From assembly GCA_002269645.1 (NCBI GenBank), contig NIVC01000530.1, forward strand, positions 372,001-436,000: a stretch of DNA of 64,000 bases, given 5' to 3'. The DNA comes from Macrostomum lignano (lineage: Eukaryota). The position numbers were made by a program, and so were the translations under genes. Positions 1 to 11,486 of the stretch are shown here, one piece after another; the first letter of the stretch is position 1, and every line of letters starts with the position of its first letter. The notes under the pieces were generated by a model. That model saw nothing but the letters and a program-made list of their open reading frames with translations, was not told where the DNA came from and ran no database searches.

Positions 1-2249
1 CAGAACTGGATTTGATCCAAGAATTCCCGAGGGTCTTCGACGGAGTAATTCGGCCGATGAAGGGCGAAAAATTTTCGATTGTGCTCAAAGAGGACGCGAT
101 CCCATTTTTCGTGAAGACGCCACGCCGGCTACCACTGCCACTACATGAAAAACTTAAAAACGAACTCGATGCCTTGGAAAGACAGCAAATTATCTGCAAA
201 ATAACAGAGCCGACACCCTGGTGCGCTCCAATAGTCGTAGCCCCGAAGAAGGGCACTGACCTAATTCGTCTTTGCGTAGATTTTAGAGAGATAAACAAAT
301 ACGTTCTGAGACCTCGATACCAATCACCAACACCACTGGAAGTTGTGGCCAGCACCAATGTATCCAACGCAGAATGGTTTACAGTTGTTGATGCATTGAA
401 AGGATACCATCAAGTACCACTCCACGAGGACAGTATGCCACTGACAACATTTATTACTCCTTATGGAAGATACATGTTCAGAATGGCACCTTTCGGGATC
501 AGCTCTATCTCAGAATAATACAACAGGAGACTGGATAGTGCTCTATAGGGCTTGAAAGATACTCGCCACATTGTGGATGACTGCATAATCGCAAGCGCCG
601 ACTACGAAAGCCACATCCAAGCTGTTCGCGAATTTCTTTATCGGTGTGACGAGAGTGGAATATCATTGAATAAGAAAAAATTGTCTTCGCCAAGAAAAAT
701 GTAAAGTTTGCTGGATTTATGCTTACACCAAAGTGCTATCAGGTGGACCCTGAAATGACAGCAGCCATTGCTCGATTCCCTGAGCCATCAAATATTACAG
801 AATTACGCGCATTTATGGGCCTAGTGAATCAAATAGGACCATTCACAGATTCGATCGCAGAATGTACCTCGATATTAAGACCTCTACTGAGCGCGAAGAA
901 TTCATTCATCTGGAACGAGGAGCACCAAAAAGCCTTCGATAAGGCACGAATCCATCTGTCTAAAGTCCCATCATTGGCGTACTACGATCACACGAAGCCA
1001 ACCGCACTGCAAACCGACGCATCAAGGTTGAAGGGACTCGGATTTGTTCTCAAGCAGCAACAACCTGACAGCGCCTGGCGAATGATTCAGGCGGGATCAC
1101 GGTTTCTGGCTGACGCGGAGACGCGATATGCTATGATCGAGCTCTAGTTGCTAGCAATTGTGTGGGCTTCGCAAAAATGTCGTTTGTTTTTAGAAGGACT
1201 CGATTCATTTCAATTCGTGACTGACCACAAGCCACTTATTCCGATATTAAACGGCTACCAACTAGACCAAATCGAAAACCCGAGGTTGCAGCGCCTTCGT
1301 GCCAAGCTTAATCGCTACAACTATGAAGCAAAATGGGTACGAGGTAAAGACAATGTAGATGCCGATGCACTATCAAGAGCTCCGATTGCAAATGCAACTG
1401 AAGAAGATCAGATTGATGAGAATCAAGCTCTAAGTAGTGTGAATTTGTTGACTATGATAATGGAAGATACGGAAATTGACTTTAACATGAAGAGAATACA
1501 AGAACACGTAAAGAAAGACACAGAAATGCAAGAGCTCATCCAAATAATAGAGAATGGATTCCCGAACGATAGAGCTAATCTTCCAGTTATTCTAAGACCC
1601 TAATCTTCCAGTTAATCTAAGACCGTACTGGCACATTAGACATAAGCTTGTCGTCGAAAACGGAGTCGTTCTCAATGGATGCCGGTGTATCATCCCTAAA
1701 GAAATGCGAAAAGAAGTTTTGAGAACACTACATTCAAGTCACCAAGGTGCTACGAGCGTACTAAGACCGAAGCAAGAGCAAGAATGGTCGTCTATTGGCC
1801 CAGCATGGAACGTCAGATCGATGACACAATAAAGCAATGCAAAGCATGCCAAGAAACCCGTCCAAGTCAGGTCAGAGAACCGATGTTGCCGAGAACTACA
1901 CCAGCAAGGTGCTTCCAGGAAGTTCATGCCGACTTTTGTGAACACCGCGGCAGGCAATTCCTAGTGATAGTGGACGGATACTCTGGATGGATCAACGTAT
2001 GGAACTTCGGACAAAATGCTCCGGTTTACAAGCTGATTAACGCGTGCCGTGAGCTATTTTGTCAGACAGCTGTACCGGAATTGTTCTGGTCAGACTCAGG
2101 TCCTCAGTTCAAGGCCAGCGCATTTGGTAACTTTTTGAAGAGATGGGGAGTCGAGTCCAGATTCTCATCCCCATACCACCACCAAAGCAACGGGAGAGCC
2201 GAAGCGGCAGTCAAGTCAGCCAAAAAGATCATCAGAGGATCGTGGGATT

Positions 2250-4139
2250 CCTGCACGAGTTTGCGTGTAAGAAAATCATTGTCTTTTGACCATAGACAAA
2301 GTCATTCCTGCACGGTTTTCGAGAAACGTTAAGAAGAGATGAAAATTGAGTGGAGAGTTTATAGAAAAGTGTATAAAGCTTATTGACTATGGCGTCTGTA
2401 ATCGACTCGGCTCTGAATCCTCCATTAATTGATTTTCGCTACGCTACGGTGTCTGGATTAAGTGGCGACGAAATGTTTATTGAAAGTGTGTCCAGCAACT
2501 TTGAGAGGACGGGCGACGATTTGACTGCACTGATAGCGGATTGCACGTTCAGCGAGGAATTAGAGAAACTTTTCAGCTCGGATCCGGAAACCATGTGTAA
2601 CCTTGACGAATTGGAAAGTCTGGCCGCTCAACTGGAACGCGACAACGAATGTCATTCGACTGTCTCTAAGGAGAAAGCTGTGATCAACCGCTTGACGGCC
2701 TGGTTGGCGGAGAATAATTTAAAAGTGGATTACGCGACTGCTTCGGTGGAAGAAATTGCCAAATGGGTCCGCTACTTCTATGCGACTCTGCGTAAGTCAG
2801 ACGGCAGCTTCTATTCGCCGAATACAATCGTAGGAGTTCGAGCCGCACTGTTCAGGTACTTTATGAAATTACGTGGCCTCAATATCATCGCTCACGAGGC
2901 TTTTCATAGCGCGAATTTGATGGTGAAGAATGTTTGCAATGCGTATTTGAAGTCCGGTGGTCGAGTGCAGCATTACGAAGCCATTGAGTCGGACGACCTT
3001 GTCAAGCTTGCTTCTTACTTCGACAGAAGCACTCCAACACGTTTGCAAGAAGAGGTATATTTCAATGTGTTATTTTATTTCGGCAATCGCGGCAGAGAAT
3101 GGCTACGAGGTCTCACTGTTCGTTCATTCCGAGAGAAGGCCCTATCAAACGGAGCTATGGCGATCGAGTTGCAAGGCAGCACCTCAAAGCTTTATTTGTC
3201 GAAAATTACTGCCGTGCCGGGTTGGAATCAGGAGGACTTCTTTCTGCGTCCGAAACCACGAGTGAATGCGGATGGTATCTGGTACACCAAAGTACCAGTT
3301 GGAATCAACACTTTGGGGCCGTTGCTCAAGAAGATCTCTTCGAATGCTAACCTGTCCAAGCTGTACACTCCGCATTGTGTGCGACGTACAGTTGTTACGG
3401 AGCTGTATGAAGCTGGCTTTTCTGTCGAAAAAATTGCGAAGGTGACAGGTCACAAGGTGAGCAATTCTTTATTCTTAGTAAGTTTATTGACACATGGACA
3501 AGGAATTTATTAAACACCACCTCTATTCACAGAATAGCGCGTCGGTAGAACGATACATCCGGAGAGGCAAGAAGAGGGACTCGATCATGGCAGGGATGAG
3601 TGATCAGCTGACAGTCGCTCTAGCTGGAACTATGCCGGCACCAAGTTCTACATTGAGCGAAGCTCCTGCAAGGGCTGTTACAACTACCGACCCGTGCGCG
3701 CTGAGCGACGCTCCTACAAGGGCTGTTGCGACTACCGACCCGTGCGGATCAGCGTCAATGTCAACTGTCAAGAAGTCACTGGTTGTTGAAGAATCGACCA
3801 CCACACTTGTAGCAGCCCCCACTAAGCGGATGAAGATTTTGGCAAACGGCGAAACGAATGTTGTGCAGTCTATTTTCGAGTAAATGCCGAGAGGGGTGTG
3901 AGTAGGTCTATAGACTCATTAACTGTTTCCCTAGTTCCACTTATTATCCTTTTTGTTCTTCCATATTGTTATTGATTACATATTCAGTTGCTTCTAAAAA
4001 TAAATTCCTTTCCTGAATGAATGAATAAGTCATTCCTGCACGATAAGCTAACGTATGTCAAGTGATTTCTACCATAGACACAGACATTCCTGCACGATAA
4101 TAAATCGAAAAAATCATTCCTGCACGCTGTGGTCAAACG
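2250..4139 (+). mobile_element. Crypton-type tyrosine-recombinase DNA transposon inserted in the gypsy integrase
   Basis: Absent from the paralogous integrase, which reads GTGGGATT-ATCGCA-ACAATGAC at about 21655-21675. No target-site duplication. Encodes a tyrosine recombinase. Repeated (C)ATTCCTGCACG motifs at both ends. Confidence 0.85.
2389..3883 (+). CDS. Crypton tyrosine recombinase (DUF3504/KCTD1-ZMYM-like YR), join(2389-3456,3533-3883), about 472 aa
   Basis: FY..LRK.DG..Y, FGNRGRE (catalytic R), TPHCVRRT (HxxR), TGHK. A phase-0 76-nt GTGAGC...CACAG intron joins GHK to NSASVERY, supplying the catalytic Tyr. The segment normally found between the beta-hairpin Lys and LYLSK appears to be missing. 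Confidence 0.85.
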
Positions 4140-4767
4140 ACAATGACATAGACAAGGACAAAATGGCGGAAGGAATACTTATCTATAGAAACACACCTAT
4201 GTATGACGGACGCATTCCTTCTATTATGCTGTATGGACACCCAGCAAGAGATTCACTTCCTGCTCATCGAAGAAGCTTTAATCCCGAATGGTACAACACG
4301 ATTAAACAAATGGAGGACACAGCATCAGAAGTTCACGAGGCTGTGGAGCAACAGTACAACAAGTCCGAGAAGCCTCGATGGAATCCGAATAGGGTCGACT
4401 GTAGTTCTTCAAGAGCCAACAACGAAACTGTGGCAACGGAGAGGAGTAGTGGTAGAGGTCGGAAAACACCGCGACTACCTGGTAAAGTTGGCGAGCGGCA
4501 GAATACTACGGAGAAACCGCATTTACGTACGGCCAACATTGCACTGACCGCCGACAACTGGCAAATGACAAAGACGACAAACGGCGAAAGTACAAGACGT
4601 ACGGAGACGACTCGTACTACGACGGCCAATCAACCAAGCAAGGAGAAACCTCGAAGTAGCTCGAGAGCAACGAAGGGCATCCCGCCCGCCCGACTCCATT
4701 ACAGTAGGCTAGGACATCCAAAAGTTAATTTTGTCGAGTGATAAGGACACTGACTTGAAAGGGGAGA

Positions 4768-4926
4768 TGATTTGGATGGACTCTTACTAGTATATCCATG
4801 TCTATGGCCTTGACCTCCACTGCCAACGTGCTAAGAGGCAGGGCGATTAAATACGAGTATATTGTTTTAAGCTCCTTGGCTCGCCATCAGAGCAGCCCAA
4901 GTTACATTATACCAAAGCATATAACA
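4768..4926 (+). repeat. 3' LTR of gypsy copy A (159 bp, TG...CA)
   Basis: Follows the PPT, matches 22299-22457, and is followed by GCATC (4927-4931). Confidence 0.93.
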
Positions 4927-5143
4927 GCATCCTTCTACTTTTTCAGTAGTTCTCGTGTTAACTTAAATAGGTGATTTAGCTGTCTCAAGAGCTAAGTGAT
5001 GAGGATTGTAGCCATTGGGAAGGGCGAGGGAGGATTGATTGACTTAGCTGTTTCTGAGCACATCATGTACGAACTACGAGCGTATCAAAATATATGAAAC
5101 CTAATGCGAAAATAATTGTTCATATCTCATGGGGAAATTCCAG

Positions 5144-5780
5144 ACAATGCAAAGCTGAACGAGTTCCCCTACAGGCGGCCTCTGAGCCTGGGCCAGCCGG
5201 TCCGTCTCGGCATGTTCCTGAACGCAACCGATGTCAAAGTGCTGTCCTTAGTCAGAACTGATACCGGCTGCCAGCTGCTACCTGTAGCTGACTTTGATGA
5301 ATTCAGGTGAGATTCAAACTCAAGTCAAGTAAATTTGATTGATGAATTCAATTGTAATAAAGTCCTAGTGGATGACTTTTAAGAGTGACTGGCAGAGTGA
5401 AAGGCCCGTGTCTGTCTCTAAGAGTGTCCGCGTCAAGCAGAGCGGAGGTCGAGTTCGTCAACTGCAGCAGCCCGATGCTGTCGCTGCTGAGCTTCCCGGA
5501 GACTCCCAGTTCATTGCTGTGCTTTGAGCAGTGCAACATTAGCGACACTGTGACCAATGAACCGATCCAGTTTGAGATGTCGACTCCTCAGTACGCATCT
5601 GAGTACTCAATGAATGCTCTGAATTGGAGCACCAGCGCCAATGACACAGTGGCATATTTTGATGGCGACTCAGCGCTTGGTGTTCACTTTCGATATCTTC
5701 TCTTCATCCTAATGGGAGTGAGCTGCATTAACATGACTTTATGGCTACTATCTAAATTGCAGCGAAACAGTCTTTTTTAG
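5144..5780 (+). CDS. CUB-like/CTLD-like receptor, type X2, copy A: last two exons (5144-5306, 5384-5780)
   Basis: AG/GT boundaries in phase with paralogues at 22675-23317 and 33558-34204. FPYRRPLSLGQPVRLGM, GPCLSL, EFVNCSSPMLSLL, then TM YLLFILMGVSCINMTLWLL. Confidence 0.75.
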
Positions 5781-5789
5781 TGACTATTT

Positions 5790-6230
5790 TTTAACAGTCA
5801 GAGCATAGACCTGTAGTGCCAAAGTTTTATTATTTAATAAAAGTACAATCAAGGTGACAATATCCAGATTTTGTGTTAGAATTCCATTTATTAGTGCATA
5901 TTTGAATATTAATTTTGATGTATCCAGCAAACGTTTTGGATTGGCATATTGTGTACAGGGACAGCAAAAAACATTTTTGTAAACATTTAAGTATAAAATC
6001 AGTTTGCGCAAAAAAAACAATAAAAAAATTATTAATGTTATCCATCCAGCATGCATCTTTGGATATAGAAGTAACGTTCAAAGCTTGCAGCGAAATACAC
6101 TGAAAATAAGTTTAGCACACTAGCCTCCTCAGATTCAGTAGTGTAGAACGCTCTTGATTTTTTGTCCCTTAAGTTTTTTGCGGATTTTTACTTCTGAAGA
6201 AGACTTTTATGAACAACCCTATATATTCCC
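5790..6230. repeat. AT-rich dispersed repeat; copies at about 15715-16030, 23335-23765 and 34200-34640
   Basis: Shared blocks such as GTGTACAGGGACAGCAAAAAACATTTTTGT, GAAGTAACGTTC.AAGCTTGCAGC and CTCAGATTCAGTAGTGTAGAA. The 15.7-kb copy is at a non-paralogous position. Confidence 0.6.
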
Positions 6231-6424
6231 TATATATTTGTAGGGAAAAGAAGGTAAATATATAGAAATGAGGTATTGAAATGAATGAAAAATTTCTATT
6301 TTTCCCTACAGCACACCGCACAGAACTTAGACAATGCAAATTATGATTTATTTGTTAGTGCCCCTAGTGCGGGCGCCCCTGGTACTAAAGCCCCTGGTGC
6401 TAGCGCCAAAGCCCTTGGTTACGC

Positions 6425-7963
6425 CCCCCCCCCGATACCAAAACGATTGACGGTATTCCCCTATTCCACTATCCCCAGTAAGCTGGCGCTGAAGTTCCTC
6501 GGGGTCTGGATTGACCGCGGACTTCTTTTCGACAAACATCTGAGCGAAATCAATGACAAAATGCTCCGTCGAACTGCCATCATAAAAGCTTTAGCAAACC
6601 GGGATTGGGGATGGGATCGCCTCCTCCTCCTCAAAGTCTACCTGCTTTGGTCGAGTCGGTGATCTGGCATGCTACATCGGCCTGGACGCCCTGGTTGTCC
6701 AAGACTCGCCTGGATGAACTTGACCGCGCCCAAAGGGAGGCGCTGCGCAACATCACCGGCCTGCCACGATCGACCCCCACGGAAGCTATCCACCTGGAGG
6801 CTCAGGTCGACCCTATCAGCGTTGAGGCCCGCAGGCGTGCTCTGCTCACCTACGAGAAAGCCATCCGTCGCCCTCTCAGCGACCTGTTTCGCCAGATCTG
6901 TGAAAAACACTCGAACGTCCGACTCGCGGCCAACAGAGGCCTGCGCGAACAAGCGAGGCGCATCTGCGACTCCATGATGCCGCTCCCGCGCATGCCCTTC
7001 CACCTTACACGCCGTCCACCCAGGACCTCACTCGTCGACCAGGGCATCAACTGTTTCACCGACCTACCAGACCTGGGAGCCACTTCGACTGAACAAACTC
7101 TTGCAGCCATTGAGCAACGCTGCCCAGGATCCTGCACCTACTACACCAATGGCTCGGCCACCGGAGGGGTCGAAAACGGCGAAGCCGCTTGGATCCTCCT
7201 CGATCATGATGGCACCAGCCATCGCCGCGGGCACGCAGCAGCTGGTCGCTGGTGCAACTCCTACGAAGCCGAATTAATGGCCATCAAGCTCGCCCTGGAA
7301 AAAATTATCAGCTCCGAACCGCGCCATGCCGTCATACTGACCGACAGCCAGAGCGCCATCGCCGCCATCAAGGCTGACCGTCCAACCCTCAACCTGCGGC
7401 TTGAGCAAGTTAAAGATCTCCTCGCTAACGCAGCCATGCACACGAAGATCACCCTGCAATGGGTTCCGGGACATTCGGGAGTGCCCGGTAACGAACTGGT
7501 CGACGCAGAGGCCAAGCTTGCGGCCACACTGCCTCAAGACGAGTCCGAAATTTGCCTTGCAGCTGCTAAAGAGCGCGTCCGCCATCATCTCAAGTACCGC
7601 CCAACCCTTCATGGGCACTTGGCCGAGGTCTATGGTAAAACGATCTCCTTCCATCAGGGACCGCGTCGCCAACAAATCCTCGTGGCGCAGGTCAGAGCAG
7701 GCCACTGCCCTGACTCCAACTATTATCGCAACCGCACCGACATCACCGAAGGCGGCCCCTGCTGACTTTGCCTGGATGTTCCGGACCAATTTCACCTCTG
7801 GACCTGCCCTAAGCTCGAAGCTAATCGTCGCAACATCGGCGTCACTAGTCTGAGTGACTTTGCACGTGGTGACTTGGTGGCGAAGCTCCTGGGAGCCGTC
7901 GACTGGCGGCCCCTGTGAGTTGCTCACCGCAGAGAACGACAACAACAACAACAGCAACAGCAA
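6425..7963 (+). mobile_element. 5'-truncated non-LTR retrotransposon (I-group/Ingi-like, RNase H-bearing), copy A, disabled
   Basis: RT thumb LKFLGVWID...DWGW...AQREALRNITG, RNase H YTNGS/AEL/LTDSQSAI/QWVPGHSGVPGNE, a C-terminal C..C/H..C relic, and a (CAA)n 3' tail at about 7935-7962. Frameshift near 6645 and stop at 7763. Confidence 0.9.
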
Positions 7964-8909
7964 AAAGACGACCCAGCTGACAACGACGAGGTCGAAAGTC
8001 AGCGACTGCTGGACGCTAGGGATCGGGGCGAACTGCCTCCAAAAGGAACGGCCAAACGTTTGCGAGCTCTGTTTAGCAATTGCCGCCGCTCATGGGATTA
8101 AGGGTCGGTTTGATCCTTTGTAGCTAAGGAATGGAAGCTAGACGCTTTTAGACCTTTAGATACGCTCGTAGTATCTGGATCGAGATTATTTATGCATCCA
8201 TAGCTCGGATAATTTTTAATCCTGGGATCGCATCATTTTAAAATGTAATTGGGGCTATCCAATCCAGGTTACTCTCAAGGAAGTTCCTGCTTTGTCTACA
8301 TACTTAGAAATCCAGATATCCTTGTGTTGTCATTTCAAGGTTGTCTACTGAATTATTCTGCAATTTACTCTCGCACTTCTTGTAAACCTCAAATTAACCT
8401 TTTACTCGTCCAATATCGTGTATACTAAAAATGAGTCCAACGAAACTTTGAGTAGCATGACGCATAATCACGTTTTACCAATAAAAATGCAAAAAAATTT
8501 GCTACTGAATGCGCGCTGTTAAAACAGCCTTGAAATTAATTGCTGATATTGCTGATCATTTTTTCTTGCAATCATTGTTTGTTTTACACAAAAACAACCC
8601 CACCTAATCATGGCCAGCTTGTATATATGCGTTCTATTTTTCGCGTAATTTGGTAAATTTAAATCTGGAGCTGGATAATTTTGCTTGTTATATATTTTCA
8701 TATTTTTTTACTTATCCTTTTACTTTCCAATAGAATTATGCCGCTGCCTTGAAGATTCTAAATGTAATCATGCGTTAATTTAGTTAAATTACTATTAATT
8801 TTGACATAAAGTGGTGCTTACTTAGTATCTCTCTCATCATTCTAGTAGGAGTCTATCATTTAGTCCATGCTTGAAATTAACCCGAATTAGTGTGTTCGTG
8901 CAATAACAA

Positions 8910-9125
8910 TCCTTCATCTATCTGGTGTCTGTGGCCCATTGTTAGAAGATCATCACGGCAAGGCCGCTAAGGGAAAATTACTTTCAAATAGAAATCAACC
9001 TCTGTTAGATGGTTTCATGGTCCGCCAAGTTTCAATCATGAATCGCAGACTCTGGGTGTCATTGATTTTTAAAGTCACATGAGTAGCAATGCACTTTTCC
9101 GGTTTGCAACGAGCTTGTTCTGTAA
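8910..9125 (+). pseudogene. Relic of the cytoplasmic-tail exon of a receptor paralogue (second copy at about 26425-26640)
   Basis: TTGTTAGAAGATCATCACGG.AAGG.CGCTAAGG.AAAATTACTTTC and AATCAACCTCTGTTAGATGG match the coding tail at 30730-30850. No upstream exons were found. Confidence 0.6.
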
Positions 9126-11486
9126 TTTTTTATGTAAATGACTCAAGGATGTTACAAAAATTGTATCCAGATTCCCACGAGTAATAGCTTTAATGTGTTT
9201 CTTTTTTATGAATTTCAATGCACTTTCTATCAATGGTCGTATTCGTAATTGGTTGCTTCAGTCAGAGTTTTCTTTATTACTTACCTAATTCTTGACATGC
9301 TTGATTTAAAAAGAATTTCAAGTGCTTACATATACCCATGTGTTCTGACTTATTTAATTTCGGATATAGTATATTAATATACCTTTCTACGACAGCTCGC
9401 TGCTGATGTTTGATTTCATATTCTTTAGAATGATTCTTGAGACAGAAAAAGGTACATTTATAATCGACAGATGTGCCCTGTCACGGAAATAGAAAAAGAC
9501 ACAGTGGGAGTGCAGTCCGAATAGATTTTCTTTCTAACCTGCATTGCAATCTGCAATCTGCATTGCACTCAAACCCCATATTGTGAAAGTTCAATTTCAG
9601 GACAGCTGCTTGCAAAATAACAAATAGGGATACTGCAGAAAAAATTAAAACCATCTTTAAATTTTCTGCCGCTGAGTACACACGCTGTATTCGTACTATC
9701 GGCAAGTATTAAATGCAGTGCACACATCGTGCGCTACACAATAACGTACTTAATCTGTAGCAGTGTACTCTACATTTTCTCGCAAAACTGTTTTTCTGTA
9801 AATCTTCTAAAAATGAATATGTCGACGGCTTAGTACCTTGTTAGTAGGAAGCAAACCAAATCTCAAACCTGAGAATGTCTGAACAAGGTTACTATCTATA
9901 AGCAGGAATGCCATAAAAACAGGCCTTCGCGTGAACCGAAGACACAGGCTTAATCGGTGTACATTGAAACCGATCTCACCGATTAAGCAATATTGGATAT
10001 TGGACAGCAAATATAAGGAAAATGTATCATTCTCTGAGCTGGTTTCTGGTCATAGGCGTGCTTAGTTCACTGCTCTCCAAGTAAGTGCAGCATCTGAACT
10101 GATTAAATTGAATGATGCACTAAAATGTACCAAATGTATCGATAGCTAATATAAGTTAGTCATTCTGTCCCACTCTTGCAGTAAATATACGAGCGTATTA
10201 ACTTTGTTTTTTCTTGACTCATAGCAGCACTAATCATCTGGAACTCAGAATTATACGATGTCAAGAGGCCTTTGGAGCAGCCCAGATAGGGAAATTTGCA
10301 TAGGCATTTAGCCCGTTTTCTCCTCACGCGTTTTTCAGCTCCAGAAAATAAGATTGCTACCAAAAAATTGCATAAATAGTGTTAAGCCTGAGTTTTTTTA
10401 CCTAGCTCAAATTCTTGCCACTGGGTTCTTTCTAAAGGAACCATATACTTCTTGTACTTCTAAAGGAAGTACAATTACAGAAATGCTCCAACCGGTAGCT
10501 ACTGAATCAGCATCTCAAAAAAAGAACCTTGCTCTAAACAATTGACATGCAAAAGAGCTATCAAATTATTGCGGCTAGATTCCGTGTATATAGCATCGTT
10601 TGAATTGGAATTACATTGGACTTTTTGGGAATGCTTCTGAGCAATCTAAAAACAGATATGAGACTCAAATTTCAGTAGGAAATTTACGTAGTGGCTTTTA
10701 CTACTTCTTTATCAGAAACTGTCGTTTTTACATACAAGTGTACGCCTGTTGATAAAAGTGCTGTAAGATACGAGCGTACTACGAGTACTTTGAGAAGTAG
10801 AGAAGATCGAGATTGCCTGTTCGCAAAAAGCACCTGGAAACAACAAAAAGGCTCGAAATCTCATGCTTTACTCCAATCTCGCAGATTATCATTCAATGTT
10901 AAAGGACCGATATAAGGAGTATACGTATAAGGGTGAATAGGGGTATAAGGGTAAAATTTGAAATAATATTGGAAAAAGAACCCCATAATAAAAAAATAAT
11001 TCCCAATGCGTGCTGCCGCATGTTAGTCTTTACCCCACACCAAGATTCGACAAATATGCACTTTACAATACGCTCGTTCCTTGCTCATAGTACGGCTAAT
11101 CATTTGGAACCCAGCGAATTACAATGGCAAATTAAATTATTACAGTGGCGGGCGGCTTTGGAGAGTGACCCGAATTGAGAAAATTTAGGGTAGATATTAA
11201 GCCAATGATTTCAGGCCATCAGCAGCCTAAAAAAAACTAATAGCTTAAGTAAATTGTTCTTTCAGTCTTCAAATCTCTTTCAATTCACCTAGTTGCCTAC
11301 TTTGTATCGAATATTTAAACTGACTAATTTTGTACATTTTGGCAGTAACTTACAAGCGTAATGCTCTTTCGTCACTCAGATATTTATGACCACCTGAAAA
11401 GCATCCTAAGGTCTGATTTTTACGGTCGAATGGAAGGCTTTGACGATAAAATGCAGTCTTAAGTTGGGTGCATAGCTTTGGCGCAG

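Larger units (their letters stand above)
12..4741 (+). pseudogene. pol: Disabled gypsy pol (RT-RNase H-integrase), copy A
   Basis: Split over ORFs 12-518, 719-1147, 1148-1603, 1784-2249 and 4140-4741. Lesions: stop at 516-518, frameshift near 680, frameshift near 1145, a 19-bp local duplication at about 1576-1625, frameshift near 1755, and the Crypton insertion. Confidence 0.93.
1..4926 (+). mobile_element. Ty3/gypsy (Mag-like) LTR retrotransposon, copy A; 5' part lies outside the window; interrupted by a Crypton at 2250-4139
   Basis: RT (PWCAPIVV, LCVDFREIN, VDALKGYHQ, PFGISS, VDD), RNase H (TDAS, YAMIEL, TDHKPL) and integrase (HQG..CKAC, HADFCE, SDSGPQF, SNGRAEAAVK). Polypurine tract GAAAGGGGAGA before the 3' LTR. 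Near-identical to 19090-22457. Confidence 0.95.

Noticed and set aside
7274-7963. 229-aa minus-strand ORF starting MLLLLLLL (also 24816-25505) as a secreted protein
   Set aside because: It is the antisense shadow of the GC-rich LINE RNase H region, and the Leu run is the reverse of the (CAA)n tail.
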